From positions 11,407 to 75,406 of the forward strand of contig JAJQAZ010000104.1 of NCBI GenBank assembly GCA_021203545.1: a DNA stretch of 64,000 bases. Reading direction: 5' to 3'. Positions 11,584 through 19,230 of the stretch are shown piece by piece. The first letter of the stretch is position 1. Each line of letters starts with the position of its first letter. The notes below the pieces were generated by a model. The model was not told the origin of the DNA, searched no databases, and worked only from the letters and a program-made list of their open reading frames with translations. The stretch is from Tannerellaceae bacterium. GTDB taxonomy: Bacteria > Bacteroidota > Bacteroidia > Bacteroidales > Tannerellaceae. A program made the position numbers and the translations under genes.

Positions 11584-11778
11584 AAGAATTAATTCATAAT
11601 ACCTTCGTTCAGAAGTGGAAAAACAATATTTACATAAAAAAGTGGACTCAATAATGCGGTTTGACATATTGACTAATTGTATCCTTTTTATGTTTATAAT
11701 TTTACTGGGAAATAGACTCTTCGTGAGTAGTAGGTACAGGAATGATTCCAAATATTCGACTCTCACGGCTTTTACTGT

Positions 11779-11810
11779 TCATAGCCTCGTGGGCTATGTC
11801 ATCAACTTAA
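11779..11810 (+). repeat. Module C-like hairpin (CATAGCC-TCGTG-GGCTATG) fused to module F (TCATCAACTTAAG)
   Basis: Same hairpin-then-CATCAACTTAAG arrangement as at 54571-54607. Inverted copies of F occur at 54781-54794 and 41620-41629. Confidence 0.55.
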
Positions 11811-11838
11811 GAAAAAACGTATTAATATAAGTTTATTT

Positions 11839-11910
11839 GCTAGCGCGGATATTTATCCGTGCTCACTTAACGTCTGTTTGTTTAGGCACAGATTTTAAAT
11901 CTGCGTCAGC
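11839..11910. repeat. Pair of module B elements in inverted orientation (B' GCTAGCGCGGATATTTATCCGTGC and inverted B GGCACAGATTTTAAATCTGCGTCAGC)
   Basis: Consensus B is GCTGGCGCAGATTTAAATCTGTGCC. It also occurs at 45052-45076, 51189-51213, 54541-54563 and 54939-54963. Confidence 0.65.
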
Positions 11911-12063
11911 AAAAAAAGCTTAAGCCCGGGATATTGACCTCGTGGGTAAGTGCGTGGATCAATTCCTTTAATTTTACCTCCGGTTTGCAAAGCCTCTTTC
12001 CCCAAGGGGCACTAAACGTGTTTTTTTATCTTAGATTTTATACAAATATAGGTTTCGTGCGAA

Positions 12064-12151
12064 GATGTATCCTTTTCACAAAAAAGGTGCACCCTCTTGT
12101 CGGCAACGATGCACCCTTTTGCCTGAAACGATGCATCCTTTTCAGGCAAAG
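12064..12151 (+). repeat. Tandem array of four units with an exact 22-bp period (core GATGCAYCCTTTT)
   Basis: Unit cores start at 12064 (GATGTATCCTTTT), 12086 (GGTGCACCCTCTT), 12108 (GATGCACCCTTTT) and 12130 (GATGCATCCTTTT). The cores contain the 8-bp palindromes GGTGCACC and GATGCATC. An 8-bp stem, 12121-12128 with 12140-12147, encloses unit 4. Confidence 0.8.
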
Positions 12152-12163
12152 GACCGGAGGAAT

Positions 12164-12224
12164 TAAAAAAACTCCCCGCTTCTTCTCTCTACAGGCTGAT
12201 GCCGGCCGGAAAAAAAGCGGGGAG
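12164..12224 (-). terminator. Possible intrinsic terminator of the spt-like gene (long-loop hairpin plus T7)
   Basis: A 9-bp stem, CTCCCCGCT (12172-12180) with AGCGGGGAG (12216-12224), is followed on the minus strand by TTTTTTT (12164-12170). The loop is 35 nt, so this is atypical. Confidence 0.4.
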
Positions 12225-12249
12225 CTTAGATCTTTGAATTGCTGATATA

Positions 12250-13437
12250 TTACGAAATCAGGTGATGTTTTTTAAATACTTTCCGGATCGCTTCCAGTGC
12301 ATAATTTAACTGGTCGATCGTGTGTGTTGCCATTAATGAGAAGCGGATCAGTGTATCCTGGGGAGCTACAGCAGGAGCTACAACCGGGTTCACAAATACA
12401 CCTGCATCAAATAGCTCACGGACGATAAGGAAAGTCAGGTCGTTATTGCGGATGAAAAGAGGGATGATCGGGGTCGATGTATGACCTATCTCACAACCCA
12501 TTTCGCGGAAACCTTTCAGTGCATACTTGGTAAGCCTCCATAGGTTTTCGATCCGTTCGGGCTCACTTAGCATTATATCCAGGGCGGCTCCGGCAGCAGC
12601 AGTAGCAGCAGGCGTGTTACTTGCACTAAAGATATAAGAGCGTGAATGGTGGCGCAGATAATTGATTGTATCTTTGTCGGAAGCAATAAACCCACCGATC
12701 GATGCAAACGATTTGCTGAAAGTACCCATTATAAGATCCACATCGTCGGTTACACCGAAATGGTTGCAGGTACCACGTCCCTGTTTACCAAGAACACCGA
12801 TACCGTGTGCTTCATCCACCATAACACTGGCATTGTATTTTTTGCTCAATTCGATAATTCCGGGCAGATTGGCAATATCTCCTTCCATACTGAACACCCC
12901 GTCTATCACGATTAGTTTCACTTTATCGGGTTCGCAGCGTTGCAGCATCCGTTCCAGCGATTCCATATCGTTGTGTTTGTATTTCAGTTTGGTAGAGAAA
13001 GAAAGACGGTGTCCTTCGATAATCGAGGCGTGGTCTAACTCGTCCCAGATGATATAATCTTCACGGCCTGTCAGGCAGGATACAACACCCAGATTTACCT
13101 GAAATCCTGTAGAATATACGATAGCATCCTCTTTACCGACAAATTCTGCCAACCGGTTTTCCAACTCAAGGTGAATATCTAATGTACCGTTCAAAAAACG
13201 GGATCCGGCACATCCGGTACCATATTTTTTGGTAGCTTCGATAGCCGCTTCTTTTACTTTTGGGTGATTGGTAAGCCCCAGATATGAGTTTGAACCAAAC
13301 ATCAGAACTTTTTTTCCGTCGATGTAAACTTCAGTATCCTGGTCGCTTTCAATCTTACGGAAATAGGGATAGATCCCCGCGGCCATGGCCTGTTGAGGAG
13401 CATCGTATTTCGCTAATTTCTCTTGTAAAAGTTTCAT
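12250..13437 (-). CDS. spt: PLP-dependent alpha-oxoamine synthase, serine palmitoyltransferase-like
   Basis: 395 aa. N-terminus MKLLQEKLAKYD..AAGIYPYFRKIES, plus GSNSYLGLTNHP, GCAGSRFLNGT, VDEAHG and the PLP-lysine context GTFSKSFASIGGF. Length and N-terminal pattern match my recollection of Bacteroides/Porphyromonas Spt better than BioF or Kbl. This was not verified by search. Confidence 0.8.
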   Translation of the reverse strand: MKLLQEKLAKYDAPQQAMAAGIYPYFRKIESDQDTEVYIDGKKVLMFGSNSYLGLTNHPKVKEAAIEATKKYGTGCAGSRFLNGTLDIHLELENRLAEFVGKEDAIVYSTGFQVNLGVVSCLTGREDYIIWDELDHASIIEGHRLSFSTKLKYKHNDMESLERMLQRCEPDKVKLIVIDGVFSMEGDIANLPGIIELSKKYNASVMVDEAHGIGVLGKQGRGTCNHFGVTDDVDLIMGTFSKSFASIGGFIASDKDTINYLRHHSRSYIFSASNTPAATAAAGAALDIMLSEPERIENLWRLTKYALKGFREMGCEIGHTSTPIIPLFIRNNDLTFLIVRELFDAGVFVNPVVAPAVAPQDTLIRFSLMATHTIDQLNYALEAIRKVFKKHHLIS

Positions 13438-13536
13438 ATTGTCAGAAAGAGAATTGTTACGCTTTAATATTTCGTTAAATAAGAGCCGGGATTTGTTTTC
13501 TATAACTTATTGCTTACAGTTTGGCAAATCCAGCCG

Positions 13537-13544
13537 CAAAAGTA
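13537..13544 (-). promoter_or_regulatory. -7 box TACTTTTG (minus strand) for the spt-like gene
   Basis: Plus-strand CAAAAGTA, about 100 nt upstream of the ATG at 13437. Confidence 0.4.
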
Positions 13545-13597
13545 GTAAAAAAATAACTTTAAGTGGGAGAAATGCTTTAAAAGTTTTACGAAAGCAT

Positions 13598-13605
13598 TAT
13601 TTTTG
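13598..13605 (+). promoter_or_regulatory. -7 box TATTTTTG for the lipid kinase gene
   Basis: Exact TAnnTTTG 48 nt upstream of the ATG at 13653. Confidence 0.45.
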
Positions 13606-13652
13606 TCGTTTCTTTAGATAAAACAACAGAGGAAATAAATCAGAGGTAAGGA

Positions 13653-14624
13653 ATGAATCATCAGAGTTTCACGATACAGGCCATTATTAATTCAATATCG
13701 GGGGTCGGGTCAAAAAGAAAAATACCGAAAATGCTTGATATGTTGTGCGAAAAGGCCGGAATCCCTTTAAAGATACATTTTACGGAATATGCGGGACATG
13801 CCAGTGAGCTGACCCAGCATGCCCTCGACGAAGGGGCTTCGTGTATCCTCGCGGTAGGAGGCGACGGCACAGTAAATGAGGTAGCCCGTACGATGCTTTA
13901 TTCGGATGCTATATTGGGTATTTTACCCCGTGGATCAGGGAATGGGTTGGCACGGGAACTGCATATACCTATGGACGTAAAGAAAGCGGTTGAACTACTT
14001 ACTAAAAATCATATTTCTACGATTGATGCCTGTAAAGCCAACAACCGGATTTTTTTCTGTACCTGTGGAGTCGGATTCGATGCTGCTGTGAGTAAAAAGT
14101 TTGCTTCGCAGAAACACCGGGGATCCATTACTTACCTGCGAAATACTATAGAAGAGTATTTGAGTTATAAACCGGAACCGTATGAATTGTTGATAGATGG
14201 CCGGCAGATCAATGAAAAAGCTTTTCTGGTGGCTTGTGGTAACGCGTCGCAATATGGTAACAATGCATATATAGCTCCCCATGCCAATATACAGGATGGC
14301 GAAATGGATGTTACCATTCTGGCACCTTTTACACCGTTGGATATAGCACCGCTGGCTATACAACTTTTTACCAGGCAAATAGATAAGAATAGTAAAATAC
14401 GGACGATGAAAGCCCGCCACATGACAATCGTGAGGCAACAGCCTGGTATTATGCACCTGGACGGTGAGCCTGTAGAAGCCGGTGAACGGATTGAAATAGA
14501 AGTTTTGCCTGCTGCTTTAAAGGTGTTTACTCCGGATGAGGTTACTTTTACCCAGGAAGTGCAACACCTGTTTGGGCAGGTAACCCGTTTTTTCGATAAA
14601 AATATGCCTTACATTTTCAAATAA
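13653..14624 (+). CDS. Diacylglycerol-kinase-family lipid kinase (YegS/BmrU type)
   Basis: 323 aa with the DAGK catalytic-domain signature ILAVGGDGTVNEVA and GILPRGSGNGLAR. Divergently transcribed from the spt-like gene. Confidence 0.85.
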   Translation: MNHQSFTIQAIINSISGVGSKRKIPKMLDMLCEKAGIPLKIHFTEYAGHASELTQHALDEGASCILAVGGDGTVNEVARTMLYSDAILGILPRGSGNGLARELHIPMDVKKAVELLTKNHISTIDACKANNRIFFCTCGVGFDAAVSKKFASQKHRGSITYLRNTIEEYLSYKPEPYELLIDGRQINEKAFLVACGNASQYGNNAYIAPHANIQDGEMDVTILAPFTPLDIAPLAIQLFTRQIDKNSKIRTMKARHMTIVRQQPGIMHLDGEPVEAGERIEIEVLPAALKVFTPDEVTFTQEVQHLFGQVTRFFDKNMPYIFK

Positions 14625-15319
14625 AAATCTTTAGTAAGTGCCCGGTATTCCTCAGTATATTGGTGCCGGGACGTTTCTATTACCAAACGGGACTCCTGAA
14701 GCGTTTCCGGGGTTGCCGATAGTTCTGCTAACCACCTTTTGGGGGGCGTGTCCGGCAGGGGGCATACAAGGGTAGACCGTGTAATATGTAGCTTCAACTG
14801 GTTAGCCAGGCTTTCTGTTTCTGCTTTCTTATCGAAAGGCAGGATCAAAGCAATTCTTCCTATAGGTTGTAAAAGGGACGTACTTTTTTGTAATAACTTC
14901 TCCAATGTCAGGCTTTCGTTGTGGCGTGCCAGGTTACGTTGTATATCGGGGCCTTTTAGGGAGGATGTAAAGTAAGGAGGATTAGATAATATCAGGTCAT
15001 ACATCCGGTTACCGGGAGGAACAAAACGATCCAGTGGTAGATGCCACACCCTGATCCTTTCTCCGAAAGGTGACATGCCAGCATTAATTTCTGTTTGCTC
15101 GCAGGCGGATTTATCAATGTCGATCGCATCAATCTGTGCCTGACTACGCTGGGCTGCCATGAGTGCGATCAGGCCGCTTCCCGTACCGATATCCAATATG
15201 TACCGGCAATTATTTACACGGGCCCAGGCTCCTAACAGTACCCCGTCGGTACCGACTTTCATGGCGCATTTGTCATGCCAAATAGTGAATTGCTTGAAAG
15301 AAAAGTACGAATTAGACAT
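14609..15319 (-). CDS. trmN6: tRNA (adenine-N6)-methyltransferase, TrmN6/YfiC type
   Basis: Start set at MSNSYFSFKQFTIWHDKCAMKVGTDGVLLGAWA (cat 15317-15319), 22 nt downstream of a -7 box. SAM motif ILDIGTGSGLI and catalytic NPPY (ILSNPPYF) are present. The ORF-track extension to 15610 is antisense to the lon start. Confidence 0.85.
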   Translation of the reverse strand: MSNSYFSFKQFTIWHDKCAMKVGTDGVLLGAWARVNNCRYILDIGTGSGLIALMAAQRSQAQIDAIDIDKSACEQTEINAGMSPFGERIRVWHLPLDRFVPPGNRMYDLILSNPPYFTSSLKGPDIQRNLARHNESLTLEKLLQKSTSLLQPIGRIALILPFDKKAETESLANQLKLHITRSTLVCPLPDTPPKRWLAELSATPETLQESRLVIETSRHQYTEEYRALTKDFYLKM

Positions 15320-15340
15320 AATGTAACCTGTTTCAGGGTA

Positions 15341-15348
15341 CAAAAGTA
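15341..15348 (-). promoter_or_regulatory. -7 box TACTTTTG (minus strand) for trmN6
   Basis: Plus-strand CAAAAGTA, 22 nt upstream of the ATG at 15319. Confidence 0.45.
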
Positions 15349-15389
15349 AAGAAACTTTCCCGTTGCTTCCAAACATCACTAAAAAGCAG

Positions 15390-15397
15390 TAACTTTG
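15390..15397 (+). promoter_or_regulatory. -7 box TAACTTTG for lon
   Basis: Exact TAnnTTTG 50 nt upstream of the ATG at 15447. Confidence 0.45.
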
Positions 15398-15446
15398 GCA
15401 CGTTAATTGTGAAATAATCAAACAGTAAAGTATATTAACCCGATAT

Positions 15447-17906
15447 ATGAGAAATAAAACAAATATATTCAGCGAGGATTCGTTTGATGACCTGGAAGAC
15501 AATTTAGGTATTGTAATGCCTATTTTAACTGATTGCGATGTGGATGAAGATTTTACTGACGGAATGGATAAAATAGGAAAAGTGGTTCCTATTTTACCTT
15601 TACGCAACATGGTACTTTTCCCCGGTGTAGCTATGCCGGTGATAGTAGGACGCCCTAAATCGATGCGGCTTATTAAAGACGCTGTTAAGAAAAAAGCCCT
15701 GATCGGGGTGATCTGCCAGAAAGAAATGAATACCGAAGATCCCGGCCTGGATGATCTTTATTCGGTAGGGGTAATCGCTGATATTGTACGGGTACTGGAA
15801 ATGCCGGACGGAACCACTACAGTGGTTCTGCAAGGTAAAAAACGTTTCCAGTTGAACGGGTTAGTGAAAAGTGAGCCGTTCATGCAGGGAGAGATCTCAC
15901 TATTGGAAGATATTATGCCGGATAAAAGCGACCGTGAGTTTGAGGCGCTGACTTCAACAATCAAAGATTTGACGGTGAAGATGCTTGGTGCGATGACAGA
16001 ACCACCGCGTGACCTGATCTTCTCCATTAAAAATAATAAAAATATTATTCACCTCATTAATTTCTCCTGTAGTAATATCCCAAATAGTGCGGGAGAGAAA
16101 CAGGAGTTACTGCTGATTGGTGATCTGAAAGACCGGGCGTACCGCCTGCTCTTTATCCTGAACCGGGAGTACCAGCTGGTGGAGCTGAAAACCTCTATCC
16201 AGATGAAGACCCACGAGGATATTAACCAGCAACAGAAGGAGTATTTCCTGCAACAACAGATCAAGACAATTCAGGAAGAATTGGGGGGTAACATCAATGA
16301 ACTGGAGATAAAAGAACTCCGTGAGAAGGCGGCGAAGAAGAACTGGCCTCAGATGGTCGCGGAAGCTTTCGAAAAAGAGATTCGTAAACTGGAGCGCCTG
16401 CATCCCCAATCGCCGGATTTCTCTATCCAGACACAATATGTACAAACCATTGTAAACCTTCCCTGGAATGAATACAGCAAAGATAATTTCAACCTGAATC
16501 ATGCGCAGAAGGTATTGGACCGCGACCATTACGGTTTGGAAAAGGTGAAAGAACGTATTATCGAACATTTAGCTGTCTTGAAGCTGAAAGGCGATATGAA
16601 ATCGCCGATCATTTGCCTGTATGGCCCTCCGGGAGTAGGTAAAACATCGTTGGGTAAATCCATTGCCGAAGCATTGAACCGGAAATATGTACGTGTTTCG
16701 TTAGGCGGGTTGCATGATGAAGCCGAGATACGCGGCCACCGCCGTACCTATATCGGGGCTATGTCCGGACGTATTATCCAGAACCTGCAGAAAGCGGGAA
16801 CTTCCAATCCTGTATTTGTACTGGACGAAATAGATAAGGTAACCAATGATTTTAAGGGCGATCCCGCGGCAGCCTTGCTGGAAGTGCTGGACCCTGAACA
16901 GAACAATGCCTTCCACGATAATTATCTGGATATAGATTATGATTTAAGTAAGGTGATGTTTATTGCTACAGCCAATAACCTGAATACCATTTCGCAACCT
17001 TTGCTTGACCGTATGGAGATGATCGAGGTGAGTGGTTATATTCTGGAAGAGAAAGTGCAGATTGCATCCCGGCACCTGGTGCCCAAACAAATGGAGGCAC
17101 ATGGTATTCCGAAGGGAATGGTGAAATTCCAGAAAAAAGCTTTACAGACAATTGTTTCGTCTTATACCCGCGAAAGTGGTGTACGCGAACTGGATAAGAA
17201 AATAGCCCAGGTGATGCGTAAACTGGCCCGTAAGATAGCCATGGATGAACCTGTACCTACTACTATTGCGGCAGAGGATCTGAAAGAGTATTTGGGCGCT
17301 ATCCAATATAGTCAGGATAAATACCAGGGCAATGAATATGCCGGAGTGGTTACAGGTTTGGCCTGGACGGCGGTAGGAGGTGAGATTCTTTTTGTAGAAT
17401 CAAGCCTGAGCCGTGGTAAAGGAGGAAAACTGACACTGACCGGCAACCTGGGTGATGTAATGAAAGAATCTGCTATGCTGGCATTGGAGTATATTCATTC
17501 GCATGCTCCTCTGTTTGGTATTGAGGAAGAGATGTTTGAAAAGTGGAATGTACACGTGCATGTGCCGGAGGGAGCCATTCCGAAAGATGGGCCGAGTGCC
17601 GGTATCACCATACTTACTTCGCTGGTATCCGCGTTTACCCAACGAAAGGTAAAACAACATCTGGCCATGACCGGCGAAATTACCCTGCGCGGTAAAGTTC
17701 TTCCGGTAGGAGGTATCAAAGAAAAAATCCTGGCAGCCAAACGTGCCGGCATTAAAGATATTATTTTGTGTAAAGAGAACCAGAAAGATGTAGAAGAGAT
17801 CAAAGATGAATACATCAAAGGTCTTACCTTTTACTATGTGGTTGACATGAAAGAGGTAATCGATCTGGCTCTTTTAAAGGAAAAGGTGGAGAATCCTGTG
17901 TTTTAA
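15447..17906 (+). CDS. lon: ATP-dependent Lon protease (LonA)
   Basis: 819 aa with the LON N-domain (ILPLRNMVLFPG), AAA+ Walker A GPPGVGKTS, VFVLDEIDK, and the protease domain with PKDGPSAGIT (catalytic Ser) and K in GGIKEKILAAKRAG. Confidence 0.97.
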   Translation: MRNKTNIFSEDSFDDLEDNLGIVMPILTDCDVDEDFTDGMDKIGKVVPILPLRNMVLFPGVAMPVIVGRPKSMRLIKDAVKKKALIGVICQKEMNTEDPGLDDLYSVGVIADIVRVLEMPDGTTTVVLQGKKRFQLNGLVKSEPFMQGEISLLEDIMPDKSDREFEALTSTIKDLTVKMLGAMTEPPRDLIFSIKNNKNIIHLINFSCSNIPNSAGEKQELLLIGDLKDRAYRLLFILNREYQLVELKTSIQMKTHEDINQQQKEYFLQQQIKTIQEELGGNINELEIKELREKAAKKNWPQMVAEAFEKEIRKLERLHPQSPDFSIQTQYVQTIVNLPWNEYSKDNFNLNHAQKVLDRDHYGLEKVKERIIEHLAVLKLKGDMKSPIICLYGPPGVGKTSLGKSIAEALNRKYVRVSLGGLHDEAEIRGHRRTYIGAMSGRIIQNLQKAGTSNPVFVLDEIDKVTNDFKGDPAAALLEVLDPEQNNAFHDNYLDIDYDLSKVMFIATANNLNTISQPLLDRMEMIEVSGYILEEKVQIASRHLVPKQMEAHGIPKGMVKFQKKALQTIVSSYTRESGVRELDKKIAQVMRKLARKIAMDEPVPTTIAAEDLKEYLGAIQYSQDKYQGNEYAGVVTGLAWTAVGGEILFVESSLSRGKGGKLTLTGNLGDVMKESAMLALEYIHSHAPLFGIEEEMFEKWNVHVHVPEGAIPKDGPSAGITILTSLVSAFTQRKVKQHLAMTGEITLRGKVLPVGGIKEKILAAKRAGIKDIILCKENQKDVEEIKDEYIKGLTFYYVVDMKEVIDLALLKEKVENPVF

Positions 17907-17973
17907 AAGAACTATTTAATACCCAAAAATGTACTTGTTCCCGTGTTTGACACGGGACCGCAAAAGAACCCAT

Positions 17974-18009
17974 AAAAAAAGGTAGTTCAGGGAATGAACT
18001 ACCTTTTTT
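17974..18009. terminator. Bidirectional intrinsic terminator between lon and the convergent DUF5606-like gene
   Basis: A7, then the stem GGTAGTTCA (17981-17989) with TGAACTACC (17995-18003) and a 5-nt loop, then T6 (18004-18009). A second small hairpin lies at 17939-17957. Confidence 0.7.
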
Positions 18010-18030
18010 ATATGTGTTGATTTCGTTTAC

Positions 18031-18486
18031 TTATTCTGCAACTGTTTCTTCTGCTCCGGTTGTCGTTTCTGCTTCCGTTTCTTCTCCGCTCTCTTCGGGA
18101 GTGAAATCGGTAAGTCCTTTTTCCACCAGCAGGTTATACCAGTTTAACAATTTCTTGATGTCGTTTGGATATACCCGTTCACGATCGAAGTTTGGTAATA
18201 CTTCTGCCAGGTATTCACGCAGTTGGTCGTTTTTAGAACCGGCTACAGTGATAGATGTTTTCTGGCCGTTTTCTTTGGTTTTGATAGCTGTCAGAACTTC
18301 GTGTAAAGGAACTTCATCATTATCTGTATAGATTGCGATATCTCCCAGCGAAATAACTTTATCCTTCGCATAGGCCGGAATTCTTTTGCCGTCAACCAGC
18401 GATTCTACGATTAACATTTTATTTCCCTGCGAAACTAATTTAAATAGTCCGGGTCTTCCTGCAATAGACAGTATAGCCTTCAACAT
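18031..18486 (-). CDS. Conserved Bacteroidetes protein, DUF5606-like, with an acidic C-terminal tail
   Basis: 151-aa ORF beginning MLKAILSIAGRPGLFKLVSQGNKMLIVESL. It has a canonical promoter 37 nt upstream. The family name is from memory only. Confidence 0.8.
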   Translation of the reverse strand: MLKAILSIAGRPGLFKLVSQGNKMLIVESLVDGKRIPAYAKDKVISLGDIAIYTDNDEVPLHEVLTAIKTKENGQKTSITVAGSKNDQLREYLAEVLPNFDRERVYPNDIKKLLNWYNLLVEKGLTDFTPEESGEETEAETTTGAEETVAE

Positions 18487-18522
18487 AAATCTTTACTTTA
18501 GAGTGTTATACTTTTCAGGATG

Positions 18523-18560
18523 CAAATGTAATATAAATTGACAATTGATAATTGACAATT
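18523..18560 (-). promoter_or_regulatory. 38-bp promoter module: AATTGTCAATTATCAATTGTCAATT + 5 nt + TACATTTG (read on the minus strand)
   Basis: The -7 box is the reverse complement of 18523-18530. The 25-bp upstream element is the reverse complement of 18536-18560. It matches the element at 19167-19191 at 24 of 25 positions, with the same 5-nt spacer. Confidence 0.55.
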
Positions 18561-18578
18561 GGCCATTAAATATCCTAC

Positions 18579-18614
18579 AAAAAAAAGCCACCCCGTTTCC
18601 GGAATGGCTTTTTT
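18579..18614 (-). terminator. Probable terminator downstream of rplS (A-run / GC hairpin / T-run)
   Basis: AAAAAAAAGCCACCCCGTTTCCGGAATGGCTTTTTT: an imperfect stem GCCA..TGGC with an inner CCG/CGG pair, flanked by A8 and T6. Confidence 0.5.
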
Positions 18615-18637
18615 GTATGGCAATAGAAGCCGGGTGA

Positions 18638-18985
18638 TTAAAACCTTTTTTCTTTGATTCTTGCTTTTTTACCGGTAAGTGCACGTAAGTAATACAGTTT
18701 AGCTCTGCGAACTTTACCTACTTTGTTAACAGTAACGCTTTCGATGAAAGGAGAATCCATAGGGAAAATTCTTTCTACACCTACGTTCTCAGACATTTTA
18801 CGTACTGTGAAACGTTTTTTGTCTCCGTGTCCGGAAATGCGGATCACTACACCTCTGTACTGCTGAATACGCTCTTTGTTACCTTCTTTGATACGGTAAG
18901 CAACTGTGATAGTGTCACCGCTTTTGAACTTTGGAAGTTCATTTTTGGTAGCGAATGCTTCTTCTGCAATTTTAATTAAGTCCAT
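18638..18985 (-). CDS. rplS: 50S ribosomal protein L19
   Basis: 115 aa; FKSGDTITVAYRIKEGNKERIQQYRGVVI..GVERIFP..SP.I..V.V...GKVRRAKLYYLR is the L19 signature. Confidence 0.97.
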   Translation of the reverse strand: MDLIKIAEEAFATKNELPKFKSGDTITVAYRIKEGNKERIQQYRGVVIRISGHGDKKRFTVRKMSENVGVERIFPMDSPFIESVTVNKVGKVRRAKLYYLRALTGKKARIKEKRF

Positions 18986-19166
18986 GTTTTATAGCTTTTT
19001 AATATTTGTTTTAAACGAAACGCAATATAACGGGCTACTTTTCCCGCCAGAGATTACGTAAAGCGGATGCAAAGTAACGAAACATTTACCAGAATACCAA
19101 AAACAGAGTGGATTAAATTGTTGTTATCTTAAATAGACAATTAAATATTACCCTTTACTTTTTCTT

Positions 19167-19204
19167 AATTGTCAATTATCCATTGTCAATTATTCGTATC
19201 TTTG
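19167..19204 (+). promoter_or_regulatory. 38-bp promoter module: AATTGTCAATTATCCATTGTCAATT + 5 nt + TATCTTTG
   Basis: The -7 box at 19197-19204 lies 27 nt upstream of the ATG at 19231. The upstream element is a near-identical copy of the one at 18536-18560 on the opposite strand. Confidence 0.55.
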
Positions 19205-19230
19205 AAACTTATATAACGATAAAAGCGAGG

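Noticed and set aside
10204-11766. Long N-terminal extensions proposed by the ORF track for the PSP1 gene (to 11766) and for trmN6 (14609..15610). The same applies to gldH, the Wzi-like gene, pepO, the Uup-like gene, the MFS gene, the GH3 fusion, sigma and fecR.
   Set aside because: The upstream in-frame parts lack homology-like sequence and run through promoter boxes or the neighbouring gene. Internal ATGs give canonical N-termini (signal peptides, conserved starts) at 15-50 nt from TAnnTTTG boxes.
11931-12050. Candidate small RNA driven by a minus-strand TATATTTG box (12043-12050), ending at the GCTTAAGC-T7 tract near 11911-11925
   Set aside because: There is only a promoter-like octamer and a T-run. 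The putative terminator stem (GCTTAAGC) cannot form a hairpin with a loop, and I recognised no match to SRP, 6S, RNase P or tmRNA signatures. This is not enough to call an ncRNA.
12064-12151. The 22-bp arrays as a replication origin (DnaA boxes) or as an invertible promoter of the Bacteroides Mpi type
   Set aside because: I saw no cluster of TTATCCACA-like boxes and no dnaA or dnaN nearby. The palindromes are not arranged as two separated inverted repeats flanking a promoter, and the loop sequence does not match the ARACGTWCGT-type recombinase site as I remember it.
11934-12245. 103-aa ORF (TTG start) across the 22-bp repeat array
   Set aside because: Its sequence (..RRCILFTKKVHPLVGNDAPFCLKRCILFRQ..) is simply the periodic DNA repeat translated. 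It has no ATG start and no promoter in the right orientation, and it overlaps a terminator hairpin. I treat the DNA repeat as the real feature.
18493-18684. 63-aa ORF between the DUF5606-like gene and rplS
   Set aside because: It overlaps the rplS 3' end, the terminator hairpin and the AATTGACAATT promoter module. It has no coding features.
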